Notes: generated from the letters alone by a model not told the origin. Counted from the first letter of the stretch, positions 49,802 to 62,500 are shown. The stretch is DNA of 64,000 nucleotides from Raja brachyura (GCA_963514005.1 OY740785.1:122326001-122390000); one strand, 5' to 3'. Made by a program: numbers and translations.

Positions 49802-52800
49802 TAGAAACATAGAAACATAGAAAATAGGTGCAGGAGTAGGCCTTTCGGCCCTTCGAGCCTGCACCGCCATTCAATGTGATCATGGCTGATCATCCAACTC
49901 AGTATCCCGTACCTGCCTTCTCTCCATACCCCCTGATCCCTTTAGCCACAAGTGCCACATCTAACGCCCTCTTAAATATAGCCAATGAACTGGCCTCAAC
50001 TACCTTCTGTGGCAGAGAATTCCAGAGACTCACCACTCTCTGTGTAAAGAATGTTTTCCTCATTTCGGTCCTAAAGGAATTCCCCCTTATCCTTAGACTG
50101 TGACCCCTTGTTCTGGACTCCCCCAACATCGGGAACAATCTTCCAGCATCTAGCTTGTCCAACCCCTTAAGAATTTTGTAGGTTTCTATAAGATCCCCCC
50201 TCAATCTTCTAAATTCCATCGAGTACAAACCGAGTCTATCCAATCTTTCCTCATATGAAAGTCCTGCCATCCCAGGAATCAGTCTGGTGAATCTTCTCTG
50301 TACCCCCTCTATGGCAAGGATGTCTTTCCTCAGATTTGGAGACCAAAACTGTACGCAGTACTCCAGGTGTGGCCTCACCAAAACCCTGTACAACTGCAGT
50401 AGAACCTCCCTGCTCCTATACTCAAATCCTTTCGCTATGAATGCTAACATACCATTTGCTTTCTTCACTGCCTGCTGCACCTGCATGCCTACTTTCAATG
50501 ACTGGTGTACCATGACACCCAGGTCTCGTTGCATCTCCCCCTTACCTAATCTGCCACCATTCAGATAATAGTCTACCCTCATGTTTTTGCCACCAAAGTG
50601 GATAACCTCACATTTATCCACATTGTACTGCATCTGCCATGCATCTGCCCATTCACTCAGCCTATCCAAATCACCCTGCAGCCTCCAAGCATCCTCCTCA
50701 CACCTAACTATACCCCCCAGCTTGGTATCATCTGCAAATTTGGAGATGTTGCATTGAATTCCCTCGTCCAAATCATTAATATATATTGTAAATAGCTGGG
50801 GTCCCAGCACTGAGCCTTGCGGCACCCCACTAGTCACTGCCTGCCATTCTGAAAAGGACCCGTTTACTCCTACCCTTTGCCTCCTGTCTGCTAGCCAGTT
50901 CTCTATCCACATCAATACTGAACCCCCAATACCGTGTGCTTTAAGTTTGTATGCTAATCTCTTATGCGGGACCTTGTCGAAAGCCTTCTGAAAGTCTAGA
51001 TATAACACATCCACTGGTTCTCCCTTATCCACTCTACTAGTTACATCCTCGAAAAATTCTATCAGATTTGTCAGACATGATTTACCTTTCGTAAATCCAT
51101 GCTGACTTTGTCCAATGATTTCACCACTTTCCAAATGCGCTGCTATCCCATCTTTAATAACTGACTCTAGCAGTTTCCCCACTACCGATGTTAGACTAAC
51201 TGGTCTGTAATTCCCCGCTTTCTCTCTCCCTCCTTTTTTAAAAAGTGGGGTTACATTAGCTACCCTCCAATCCTCAGGAACTACTCCAGAATCTAAGGAA
51301 TTTTGAAAAATTATCACTAATGCATCCACTATTTCTGTGGCTACCTCCTTGAGTACTCTGGGATGCAGACTATCTGGCCCTGGGGATTTATCGGCCTTCA
51401 ATCCGTTCAATTTACCCAACACCACCTCCCGGCTAACCTGGATTTCACTCAGTTCCTCCATCTTATTTGACCCCCGTTCCACTGCTATTTCCGGCAGATT
51501 ATTTATGTCTTCCTTAGTGAAGACAGAACCAAAGTAGTTATTCAATTGGTCTGCCATGTCCTTGTTCCCCATGATCAATTCACCTGTTTCTGACTGCAAG
51601 GGACCAACATTTGTTTTAACTAGTCTCTTTCTCTTTACATATCTATAAAAACTTTTGCAGTCAGTTTTTATGTTCCCTGCCAGTTTCCTTTCATAATCTA
51701 TTTTCCCTTTCCTAATTAAGCCCTTTGTCCTCCTCTGCTGGATTCTGAATTTCTCCCAGTCCTCCGGTAGGCTGCTTTTTCTGGCAAATTTGTATGCCTC
51801 ATCTTTTGTTTTTATACTATCCCTGATTTCCCTTGTTATCCATGGATGCACCACCTTCCCCGATTTATTCTTTTGCCAAACTGGTATGAACAACTTTTGT
51901 ACTTCATCCATGCAGTCTTTAAATACCTTCCATTGCACATCCACTGTCAACCCTTTAAGAATCACCTGCCAGTCTATCTTGGCCAATTCACATCTCATAC
52001 CTTCAAAGTTACCTTTGTTCAAGTTCAGAACCCTTGTTTCTGACTTAATTTTGTCACTCTCCATCCTAATGAAGAACTCAACCATATTATGGTCACTCTT
52101 GCCCAAGGGGCCACGCACAACAAGACTGCTAACTAACCCTTCTTCATTACTCAATACCCAGTCTAGAATAGCCTGCTCTCTCGTTGGTTCCTCCACATGT
52201 TGGTTGAGAAAACTATCCCGCATACATTCCAGGAAATCCTCTTCCTCAGCACCCCTGCCAATTTGATTCACCCAATCTACATGCAGATTGAAGTCACCCA
52301 TTATAACCGTGTTACCCTTGTTGCACGCATTTCTAATTTCCTGTTTGATGCCATCCCCAACTCCAATACTACTGTTAGGTGGCCTGTACACAGTTCCCAC
52401 TAGCGTTTTCTGCCCCTTAGAGTTTCGCAGCTCTACCCATATCGATTCCACATCCTCCACGCTAATGTCCTTCCTTTCTATTGCATTAATCTCCTCTCTC
52501 ACCAGCAACGCTACCCCACCTCCTTTTCCTTTTCGTCTATCCCTCCTGAATATTGAATATCCCTGGATGTTCAGCTCCCAGCCTTGGTCATCCTGGAGCC
52601 AAGTCTCCGTGATTCCAACTATAGCATAGTCATTAATCGCTATCTGCACCTTCAACTCATCCACCTTATTACGAATGCTCCTCGCATTGAGACACAAAGC
52701 CTTCAGGCTTGTTTTTACAACACTCTTACTCCTTATACAATTATGTTGACAAGTGGCCCCTTTCACATCGATCCCTATTACACTTGGCCATACTCTCCTA

Positions 52801-53018
52801 TCCCTTTGTGAGCTTTCTTCCCCGTTAATTCTGGGGTCATTAACCATCGCTTTACTCTCTTTCCCTCTAACTCCGTCCTCGACTATCCCATTTGATACCC
52901 CACCCCCCTTATTCAGTTTAAAACCATCCGTGTAGCAGTGGCAAACCTGCCGGCCAGAATGCTGGTCCCCCACCTGTTAAGATGCAATCCGTCCCTTTTG
53001 TACAGTTCCCCCTTTAAC
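49802..53018 (-). mobile_element. Young 5'-truncated CR1 LINE in the J-C intron
   Basis: (catagaaa)n tail at 49802, ~100-nt 3' UTR, uninterrupted ORF; ORF1 mostly missing; no TSD seen. Confidence 0.95.
49899..52973 (-). CDS. CR1 ORF2: AP endonuclease plus reverse transcriptase, intact 1024-aa frame (true start uncertain)
   Basis: NARSIRNK, ITETWL, GDFN, SDH (EN); [31 protein letters not shown] (RT); no stops. Confidence 0.93.
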   Translation of the reverse strand: MGDQHSGRQVCHCYTDGFKLNKGGGVSNGIVEDGVRGKESKAMVNDPRINGEESSQRDRRVWPSVIGIDVKGATCQHNCIRSKSVVKTSLKALCLNARSIRNKVDELKVQIAINDYAIVGITETWLQDDQGWELNIQGYSIFRRDRRKGKGGGVALLVREEINAIERKDISVEDVESIWVELRNSKGQKTLVGTVYRPPNSSIGVGDGIKQEIRNACNKGNTVIMGDFNLHVDWVNQIGRGAEEEDFLECMRDSFLNQHVEEPTREQAILDWVLSNEEGLVSSLVVRGPLGKSDHNMVEFFIRMESDKIKSETRVLNLNKGNFEGMRCELAKIDWQVILKGLTVDVQWKVFKDCMDEVQKLFIPVWQKNKSGKVVHPWITREIRDSIKTKDEAYKFARKSSLPEDWEKFRIQQRRTKGLIRKGKIDYERKLAGNIKTDCKSFYRYVKRKRLVKTNVGPLQSETGELIMGNKDMADQLNNYFGSVFTKEDINNLPEIAVERGSNKMEELSEIQVSREVVLGKLNGLKADKSPGPDSLHPRVLKEVATEIVDALVIIFQNSLDSGVVPEDWRVANVTPLFKKGGREKAGNYRPVSLTSVVGKLLESVIKDGIAAHLESGEIIGQSQHGFTKGKSCLTNLIEFFEDVTSRVDKGEPVDVLYLDFQKAFDKVPHKRLAYKLKAHGIGGSVLMWIENWLADRRQRVGVNGSFSEWQAVTSGVPQGSVLGPQLFTIYINDLDEGIQCNISKFADDTKLGGIVRCEEDAWRLQGDLDRLSEWADAWQMQYNVDKCEVIHFGGKNMRVDYYLNGGRLGKGEMQRDLGVMVHQSLKVGMQVQQAVKKANGMLAFIAKGFEYRSREVLLQLYRVLVRPHLEYCVQFWSPNLRKDILAIEGVQRRFTRLIPGMAGLSYEERLDRLGLYSMEFRRLRGDLIETYKILKGLDKLDAGRLFPMLGESRTRGHSLRIRGNSFRTEMRKTFFTQRVVSLWNSLPQKVVEASSLAIFKRALDVALVAKGIRGYGEKAGTGY

Positions 53019-53679
53019 CTTTATTAATTCAGATATTATATTGAGAGAGTTTTTAATCCGTACCAATGCAATCTCATACATGTTTTTAATCTGGTATGAA
53101 TGTAATGTTCTTGTCGGCTGGTTTGCTTTTTGGAATTTACTTGCAATTACTGTCGGCATACAATGATCGGTATATTGTCGTGAGTGATGGGGAAACAAAA
53201 TACAGTCAAAAAAGTGACATTTTAAGTGTGTTATTTGTCGTCAAATAACAAAGCTACCATTTCAATCCCATCCACCCCCTTAGTTGGTTTTGTTCGATCG
53301 ACACATTTAAGGCCAAATTTCACGAACAAGATTGATTGTTTATCTCATTTTTTCTCCCAAATTATGTTCGGGAGCCCGATATGGAAAACCACAGCTTTCC
53401 TTCCATTTTCTGTGCTTTTATCAGATAATCTCTGAACCATTTATAAAACAAAAACTCTTCCCTCTTTCTCCAAATCAAAAGTTTAGCCATGGGCACTCTC
53501 AGTGGCCCAAGCGAAACCTACCTAAATTATTTAATTTAAATTAAATATATGCAAATGTAATTTTGAACGTCAGTCAAACCCTCCTTTGAACCATTGATTT
53601 GAATTCCCACTCTGTTCACGGATTAGTGGGATACCTGTTCTATAATTCTAATAGCAGAGAAAATGTCATTTCCAACATT

Positions 53680-54180
53680 GCACATTTCACCAATTTCCAT
53701 TTAGTTGGGTACATGGAACAGCCGCTGACACAGACTGCCCGATTCCCTGAACTCTTCATCCTGTATCCATGCAGAACTCATCGACTTCATTGTCTATAAA
53801 CTTTGACCGTACGATCAAATTCACTGGGTCTATCCCCGACACATACCTCCCCTTTGTTAATCTCACCGTCTCCATCGCAGGAGATAGACAATTGACTGAC
53901 ATAAATTACAAATCTACCGACTCCCACAGCTATCAGGACTACACCTCTTCCAACCTTGCCTCCTGCAAAGACTCTATGTCCTACTCCCAAATTCATCCAT
54001 CTCCACGCAACTGCTCCCAAGATGAATTGTTCCATACCAGGATATCCGAGGTCCTCATTCTTTAGGGAGCGGGTATTCCCCACTTTTACCATAGATGAGG
54101 CCCTTGCATGTGTCTACACTGTATCCCGTAGTTCCGCCCTTACTCCATCATCCCCAGTCGCAACAAGGAGTTTGGTGAGG
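53680..54180 (+). mobile_element. Penelope-like RT C-terminal fragment
   Basis: IKFTGSIPDTYLPFVNLTVSIAGDRQLTDINYKSTDSHSY. Confidence 0.75.
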
Positions 54181-54295
54181 TTGTAACCCATAGGCCAACG
54201 TTAGTTATAGCCACTGAACATTGAGCATTCCTGAGAAACCCTGGGAATTTTACAGTTATAAATACGGGTGGCCTAGCGATATATTTCCAACTTGA

Positions 54296-55053
54296 AATTG
54301 AATTGAATGAATGAATTGCCTTTATTGTCATTCAGACCTTTCGGTCTGAACGGAATTTCGTGCCTGCAGTCATACATATATAAAAATAACAAAACCACAC
54401 AGTAAACACAAAAAATTAACATCCACCACAGTGAGTTCACCAAACACCTCCTCACTGTGGTGGAAGGCAAAAGTCTTAGAGTCTCTGTCTTCTTCCCTCC
54501 TTGTTCTCCCTCTGCGCTGAGGAGATCCAGGCCTCTGATGCTGCCGTCCACCAGGCCCGCGGCTGAGCCTCCGAAACCGGGCCGCCACCACCGCTGTCGC
54601 CGTAACGCCGCCACAGGGCCCGCCGCCGGAACGCCACTGGAGCACCGCATCCCCGAAGCCAGGTCGCCGCTGGAGCACCACAGCTGCGAAGCCAGGTCAC
54701 CGCTGGAACATCGCTGGAGCACCGCAGCCCCGAAAGCCAGGTCGCCGCTGAAGCTCCGAAAGCCGTGCCGCCGCCGCTGGAAGCTGGAGGCCGCCAGCTC
54801 CGCCATTAGGGCCTCAGCACAGACGGAGACGGTGTCGGGGGACACAACAAGAAAAGTCGCATCCCCCCGAAGGGAGAGACTAAAACCCCGTTTCTCCCGC
54901 CTTCCCCCTCCCCCCCCACCCCCCCCCACCCCCCCCCCCCCACACACATACACAACCTAACAAACCAAAAATAATCCCTAAAAACAGGCGCGAAGACAAA
55001 AATAAAATAAAAGACAGACGGACTGCAGGTGAGCCGCAGCTGTCAAGCAGCGC
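54296..55053 (-). mobile_element. Second copy of the GC-rich non-autonomous retroposon
   Basis: Reverse complement matches 693-1338 at both ends; internal repeat differs. Confidence 0.85.
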
Positions 55054-55315
55054 TTACATTTGACAGTACATTTGACAAATTGTGCGTAAATTTTACAGTA
55101 ACTGCCAGATATGGGCACCCCAAGAAGTTTTCAGCCAATGTTTTCCAAGGTGGGATCAAGGCGGAATGATTAACTAATAGTTTATGATACTCGGGTGAAG
55201 TTGCATGAAATAGAAAACTGCGTAACGAATTGCTGTGTAATGATTCCTCGCACTGAATATTTTGCAAAACGAGCAAGAGAGAGAGTTTAACATTCATGTG
55301 GCCTTTGCCTTGCAG

Positions 55316-55621
55316 CGGCTCCATCCACGCCCAACCCCTTCATTCTCTTCACCTGCGAGGATCACGGCTCCAGTGGTCCGTTCACCTATGGTTGTTTGGC
55401 GTTGGGCTATTCCCCTGCGGGCGCCAGTGTTTCTTGTAAGAAAGATGATAACCAACTGACCACCGGAGTGAAGCACAACCCGGCAGTGTTCAATAAGTTG
55501 GGAACTTACACCTGGAGCAGCGAGCTAACCATCACCGAGGCGGAGGCAAGGGGAGACAACATCTTCTGCATCGTTCAGCACTGCCAAAGTGAAAGTAGCA
55601 GGTTCGTGTTGGGGTGCACCG
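55316..55621 (+). pseudogene. IGHM: IgM constant domain 1 (Cmu1) exon; 3' boundary uncertain
   Basis: Acceptor ttgcag ends 55315; (A)APSTPNPFILFTCEDHGSSGPFTYGCLALGYSPAGASVSCKKDDNQLTTGVKHNPAVFNKLGTYTWSSELTITEAEARGDNIFCIVQH; C1-set Cys pair and light-chain Cys retained, core Trp codon is TGT (55435-55437); no strong phase-1 donor at the expected end. Confidence 0.9.
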
Positions 55622-55639
55622 CGTGGCCGAGGGTGGAGT

Positions 55640-56830
55640 TGAGAGTCAAGAATGTTTTATTGTCATATGTCCCAGATAGAACAATGAAATGTTTGCATGT
55701 ACACACGCACACATACTCAAAACAAACAATAATAGTGCAATAATAATAATAATCTATTGTAGTTCAGAGCATATGAGGTTGTAGTGTTTAATAGCCTGAT
55801 GGTTGTCGGGAAGAAGTTGTTCCTGAACCTGGACGTGACAGTTCTCGGGCTCCTGTACCTTCTTCTTGATGGTAGTGGTGAGATGAGTGTGTGGCCACGA
55901 TGGTGTGGGTCTCTGATGATGTTGGCTGCCTTTTTAAGGCAGCGACTCTGATACATCCCTTTAATAACCATATAACCATATAACAATTACAGCACGGAAA
56001 CAGGCCATCTCGGCCCTTCAAGTCCGTGCCGAACAACTTTTTTCCCTTAGTCCCACCTGCCTGCACTCATACCATAACCCTCCATACCCTTCTCATCCAT
56101 ATGCCTATCCAATTTATTTTTAAATGATACCAACGAACCTGCCGCCACCACTTCCATTGGAAGCTCATTCCACACCGCTACCACTCTCTGAGTAAAGAAG
56201 TTCCCCCTCATGTTACCCCTAAACCTCTGTCCCTTAATTCTAAAGTCATGTCCTCTTGTTTGAATCTTCCCTATTCTCAAAGGGAAAAGCTTGTCCACAT
56301 TAACTCTGTCTATCCCTCTCATCATTTTAAAGACCTCTATCAAGTCACCCCTTAACCTTCTGCGCTCCTGAGAATAAAGACCTAACTTATTCAACCTATC
56401 TCTGTAACTTAGCTGTTGAAACCCAGGCAACATTCTAGTAAATCTCCTCTGTACCCTCTCTATTTTGTTGACATCCTTCCTATAATTGGGCGACCAAAAT
56501 TGTACACCATACTCCAGATTTGGTCTCACCAACGTCTTGTACAATTTTAACATTACATCCCAGCTTCTATACTCAATGCTCTGATTTATAAAGGCTAGCA
56601 TACCAAAAGCTTTCTTTACCACCCTATCTATATGAGATTCTACCTTCAAGGAACTATGCACGGTTATTCCCAGATCCCTCTGTTCAACTGTATTCTTCAA
56701 TTCCCTACCGTTTACCATGTAATGATGGGGGGTCCGAGCTGGTGAAGGAATGTGCCAGTGGTCACAACATTTTTCAGTATTTTCCGCTCCTGGATGTTCA
56801 AGTTGCCGAACCAGGCCATGATGCAATCCA
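55640..56830 (-). mobile_element. Rex1/Babar-like 3' fragments (~55640-55955, ~56720-56830) around a CR1 3' portion (~55965-56720)
   Basis: RCLKKAANIIRDPHH...RRYRS...RFRNNFFP; CR1 ORF 56047-56826 with ccatataa tail. Confidence 0.8.
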
Positions 56831-57746
56831 TATAATTCACGGGATTTGACAATTGAAGATAAGTATTTGATTTAATGGGCCCTGTTCGGTTTTATTCTTC
56901 ATGTCATACTGACTGTAGAACATTCATCTGAGCTCCACAATCCACCTAGTCAAAGACAGGCAATTCATTTCTATATATTAATGTGAAAGTGCCGTTGCAT
57001 CTGCAGATGTCATGTAACATCTGGAACGCTGATGAAATTCCATTCTGAACTTAACTACCAAAGGCTTAGTCTCAATAGAAAGTGACACATGCCTTACCCG
57101 CCACATTATTCCAGCCCTTTGCTTTTTTTAATCAAACAACATCTGCTGTTCTTGTTTCGATAAAACAGTGAGTTTTGTTTCCTGGCACCGAGGGGAGAAA
57201 GCGATATTCATAATACCGAAGCACTGCCGTTCCTTCTTGGGACGGAACAAAAGGCGGTACTTCAAATATCGAGATAATTCACCATTTACAAAATCAAAGA
57301 AAACTAAAATTTACCTGTGGAGAGCTTGGAAAGAGTGCTGATCAATTTATTATCATCACGAGCAAATCCATGTAATTCACGAGGAACTGATCCATCTGTA
57401 GATAAGTTACATTTTAACTCGTGAACAATCGAAGCGGCTGAGTGCATCATGTTGAGAACATTATCAAGAATATTAAAAGTACAGACACAGCCACAGAGGA
57501 CAAAAGCAGAACAGTAAGCCCATTACATCCCTGTGACAATGACTTACCGAGCTATAATTTCCCCATTTACAAGCACTCGATGTACTGTGATAAATACAGA
57601 ATTTAGCAGCATCTCGGGAAGTCCAAGTGAGTGGACGGCTACTTTTAATCAGAAAAAGTGATTGTTTTTGGGGGGTCAAAATATTGGGTGTCTTTATTAA
57701 TCGACGATAGTTTATGAGCAATTCCAATGTAGTTATTTTCTTTCAG

Positions 57747-58057
57747 ACCGCGTGGTACATCATCCTACCCTCGCCATTACCATAACTGCCCTTGATGAAA
57801 TCAAGCATAGCAGAAAAGCGATCGCCGTGTGTTTGGTCAATGATTTCACCCCAGTGAAATTTACTGTGAACTGGCTGAAGGATGGCGAGCCTTTGCATTT
57901 GGCTTCGTCACCTCTCCCGCCTTCCAGGTGAACGGTAACTTCTCGGCGACCAGCCAGTTGACATTCCCAGCTGCAGGGTGGTTCGGAGGTTTCGTCTATA
58001 CCTGCCAAGTCAACCATGAAAAAGATTTGAAAAGCCTAAACATCAGTAGGTCTCCAG
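57747..58057 (+). pseudogene. IGHM: IgM constant domain 2 (Cmu2) exon with 1-nt deletion
   Basis: Acceptor tttcag ends 57746, donor gtaaga at 58058; RVVHHPTLAITITALDEIKHSRKAIAVCLVNDFTPVKFTVNWLKDGEPLH/frameshift/GFVTSPAFQVNGNFSATSQLTFPAAGWFGGFVYTCQVNHEKDLKSLNISRSP; exon is 311 nt; shifted frame stops at 57929-57931. Confidence 0.92.
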
Positions 58058-58149
58058 GTAAGAAATACATCTGCGGTATGTCTCGGGATATTAGTGTAAA
58101 CATTAGCGCTCACTGTGGTAGTACTTCACTGACAGTGTGAAAGCCTATG

Positions 58150-59575
58150 TGTAGATGGAAGTGCTGATGCTGGTTTGCACCGAAAATAGAAACATAATTC
58201 CGGAGTTACAGCGGGTTAGGCATCTGTAGAGGAAAGGAATATGTGACGATTCGGGTCGAGACTCTTCTTCCTACTTAGAATCAGAGGAGAGGGAAACTAG
58301 AGGTATGGGAATGTACAAACAAATGAGTGAATGGTATGAAAAGAACAAATCAAAGCCAGCAACAATGAACAAGGAAAGGTCGAGGCCACATTGGCCCAGT
58401 GTTGCTCTGGAAATGGTGATAACGAGTAGATACAGAGTGATACGAAACAGGACCGCAGTGAAACTAGTCGGATGACGAGGGTGGGAGGTGGCCGGAGAGA
58501 GATGGAATGCAAGGGTTACATGAAATTAGAAAAGTCAATATTGATACCGCTGAGTTTTAGGTTCCCGAAGCGAAACATGAGGTGTTGTTCCTCCAATTTG
58601 CGTTTAGCTTCACTCTCACAGTGGAGGAAGCCCAGGACAGAAAGGACAGCGTGGGAATGGGACGGGGTTTTAATGTGCTTGGCAAGCTGGTGATCGCCTT
58701 GAGCAAGGCGGACAGAGCGAAGGTGTTCGGCGAAACGACCGCCAGAGTCTGCGCTTTGATTCACCGATGTACTGGAACATCTAGAACAGCGGATGCAGTG
58801 GTTGGTGGAGGTGCAAGCGAACTTCTGCCTCATCTGAAAGGACTCTCGGGGTCCCTGGATGAAGTCGAGTGAGGAGGTATCCTTATAAGTGTTGCGTCTC
58901 CTGCTGTTGCCGGATGGGATGGTTGCTGCAGGAAGGGGTGGATTAAACGGAGTTGCGGAGGGAACGTTCTCTGAGAATGGTGGAAAGGGGTGCAGATAGA
59001 AAGATATGATCGATGGTGGAAACCCGTTGGAGGTGGTGAGGACTTTTAGGACCTTGTCCCTGTTGAGACGGGGGGGGGGGGGGGGGGCAAATGGGAGAAA
59101 GAGCGGAGCTGCGGGATACTGAGGAGACATGGGTGAGGGCATCATCTATGATAAAAGAGGGGAAACGCGGTTCCCTAACGAATGAGTCCTTGTATGGAAC
59201 AGCTCATCTTGGGTGCAGATACGATGGAGAGAGAGGATACGTGACCAGGGGTAGAGTCCTTGCAGGAGGAAGGATGAGAAGTGTCGCCCAGCAAGCTGTG
59301 GTTGTCCGTAGGTTTGTAATAGAAGTTTGACGAAAGCTTTCACCTGTGATGGAGACGGTGAGAGCAAGAAAGTGGAGGGAGGTCTGAGATCGTCCAAGTG
59401 AATTTGAGTGCAGGCTGGAAATTGGTAATGATGATAATGATGTCCATGAGTTTTCCATTGGTGCAGGGAGTGGCCCCTTTTGAGTCGTGAATCTAGCAGG
59501 GAAAGAGGCAGCCATAGCTGGGGCCAATACGAGCCCATGGGCGCATGCTACGCCTTTGATTTGGAGGAATTGGGA
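58150..59575 (-). mobile_element. Penelope-like element, degenerate
   Basis: MGSYWPQL, CIRCSRC, RFAEHLRSV, RKLEEQHLMFRFG.L...GINIDF; terminal repeat with degenerate hammerhead near 58240-58270. Confidence 0.85.
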
Positions 59576-59579
59576 GAAT

Positions 59580-62500
59580 TCTTTTTTTTTTTTTGTTAAT
59601 ATTTTTTATTAGAAGTTAATGCATATTGATACATATTAAGACAATTTAAAATGTAAGGAAAAAAAGAGAAACAAAAGAATTTACTATTCATCTCATACAT
59701 TCTTAATATTTATAAAATTTACAGTCATTCTTGTTTATACTTCTACATATTTTTTTATTATTTTTAATAAAGAAGGAAATTAATAGAAAGAAATAATAAA
59801 ATAAATTAAAAAAATAATAAAAATAGAAAATCAATAATATGAGTGGAGTTTTAAACATTCTGTTCTACATTGGAGATATATCAGTGATCTATTATATATA
59901 ATTCTTCATCCGCTCCCCGTCCAGGTTTCAGTCAGGCCCTCGAACCGAGCCCATTTGTCCCTTTAGATAATCAATAAATGGAGACCATGTTCCTCTAAAC
60001 TGATCTAGCCTGTCCGAGAGGACAAGTCTTAATCTTTCCAAATGAAGTGTCTCCGACATTTCTGTAATCCACATTTTAATAGTGAGGTTGGTAGGACCTT
60101 TCCAAAATTTTAGTATTAATTTTTTACCAATTATTAAACTATAATCGATAAAAAATCATTGTTGTTGTTAGTGATTGATCAGTTTCTAATATACCTAATA
60201 TAATTAATTTGGAATCTGGATATAGATTTGTATTAACTACCTTCGAAATTATCTTAAAAATTTCTGACCAAAAATTAGTAATTTTAATACATTTGGTAAA
60301 TGAATGTGTTAGGTTGGCTTCTAGGTGTTGACATTTGTCACATATAGCAGAAACATTTGGAAAAATTCTATTTAGTTTGGACTTTGAGAGATGTAATCTA
60401 TGTAAAATTTTAAATTGTATCAGAGAGTGTCTGGCATTTAATGAGCAGTAGTGTATATGTTGTAAACTTTCCTCCCATACTTCTAAACTAATTGATTGTC
60501 CTAATTCACTTTCCCATGCTTGCCTATATATTTCCGACGGTGGTGCATCATTTTCCAATAAAATATTATAAATATATGATATTAATTTTTCTGTGTTCGG
60601 ATGTTTATTTAAACATTCATCTAGAATTTCTGTCTTTCTATTTCTAAATTCTTGTGTATTTGATTTAACATAATCTCTAATTTGTAAATATCTAAAATAT
60701 TCTTTTGAGTGTAGTCCATATTTTTGTTGTAATTCTTGAAATGAAAGAAAAAGGTTTTCCCTATAGAGATCCCGTATCTTATTAATTCCATAATTTTTCC
60801 ATTGTGAAAAACCTTTATCCATCCTAGAGGGTTTAAAAGTGATATTGTTTGCAATGTGAAGATCCAGTGGTATACATTCCAATTTTAAAGATTTTTTTAA
60901 TTGTTTCCAAATACGTATCCCATTTTCTATTATTGGGTGTAATTTGGTATTAGCAAATATAATGGAGTTAATTTCAAAAGGTAGGCAGTCTTCCTTTTCC
61001 AATTTTAACCAATTCGGCTGTGTATCTAATTCTTCCAACCAAAAATTCATATTTTTAATATAAACTGCCCAATAGTAAAACATAAAATTAGGCAACGCTA
61101 AACCTCCACTTATTTTTGCTTTACATAGATGTTTCTTATTTATTCTATGGCTCTTATAATCCCAAATAAAATTTGTAATTATAGAATCTACCTTCTTAAA
61201 AAAATTTTTGGGAAGATATATCGGCATCATTTGAAATAAATATAATAATTGCGGGAGAAAGATCATTTTTATCGCATTTATTTTACCTAACATTGAGATG
61301 GGTAATGCTTTCCAATATAGAATATTCTTAAGTAATTTATTCAATAAAGGTGGGAAATTAGATTTAAATAAAGAGTCATGTCTTTTTGTTACATAAATTC
61401 CAAGATATTTAATTTTTTCATTTGCTATCGTAAAAGGGAATCGTTGTAATATGTGTGAGTTATTTCCCATTATTGACATAAGTTCACTTTTATTCCAATT
61501 AATTCTATATCCTGAGAGTAGACCAAATTGAGTTATTAAATCTAGCAGGGTAGGTATACTAATTTCAGGCTTTGTAATATAGAGTAATACATCATCTGCG
61601 TATAAAGAAATTTTATTTTCCGTTTCTTTGGTTTCATTCCCGTATATTTTAGGGTGTAATCTCACACGCTGTGCTAATGGTTCTATTGCTAACGCAAAGA
61701 GTAGTGGTGATAGCGGACAACCTTGTCTACAGCCTCTGAATAAGTTAAATTTAGTTGATAACATTTGATTTGTTTGTATTCTAGCTGTCTGACTGGTGTA
61801 TAATAATTTGACCCACGTTATAAACTTTTCTCCTAGCTGGAAGGATTCCAAAACCGAGAATAAATAAGACCATTCAACCTGATCGAAAGCTTTCTCTGCA
61901 TCTAATGAGATAATTGCTAGGCCTTTACTAATATTTCTTTTCGAGTATATAATATTGAATAATCGTCTCGGGTTATATGAAGAATATCGTTTTGGTATCA
62001 ATCCAGTCTGGTCTGGGTGTATTATTTTGTTGATCACCATATTTAATCATGTGCTAATATTTTAGTTAATATTTTTTGATCAGTGTTTAAAAGAACTATG
62101 GCTCTATACGATCCTGGGTCCTCCAAATCTTTATCTAATTTAGGTATTAATGTAATAATAGATTCATTTAATGTTCTAGGCAATTTCTGTTGTGTATAAA
62201 TGTGTTCATAAAGTGTCTTTAACCGTGGTATCATTAAATCATCAAATATTTTATAAAATTCCGAACCAATTCCATCCGGTCCTGGTGCTTTACCATTTTT
62301 TAATGACCTAATAGATTCTTCGATTTCTTTAATTGTTATTTCAGCGTTTAATGATTCTCTGTCTTCCATATCTAATTCCTTTAAATTACAATTTTTTAGA
62401 AATGTTTCTATTCCTATATGATTTTCTATCGTTTTGACGGAATATAAATTTTTATAATATTGCAGAAATCTCTCGTTAATGTCTTTGGTTTGTGTTAATA

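Larger units (their letters stand above)
46537..58057 (+). pseudogene. IGHM: Immunoglobulin heavy-chain (IgM-type) cluster, germline-joined V(D)J, non-productive; 3' part (Cmu3, Cmu4, secretory/TM) lies outside the window or is lost
   Basis: Ordered L - VJ - Cmu1 - Cmu2 exons with phase-1 splice sites, translated by hand; several inactivating lesions (see exon entries). Confidence 0.93.

Noticed and set aside
46697-58057. IgW, IgNAR, light-chain or TCR identity
   Set aside because: WGxG J, CH1 with light-chain Cys and GVK.YP.V.NK.GTYT pattern, and CH2 GFVTSP...VNG.FSATS.LT match elasmobranch mu chains.
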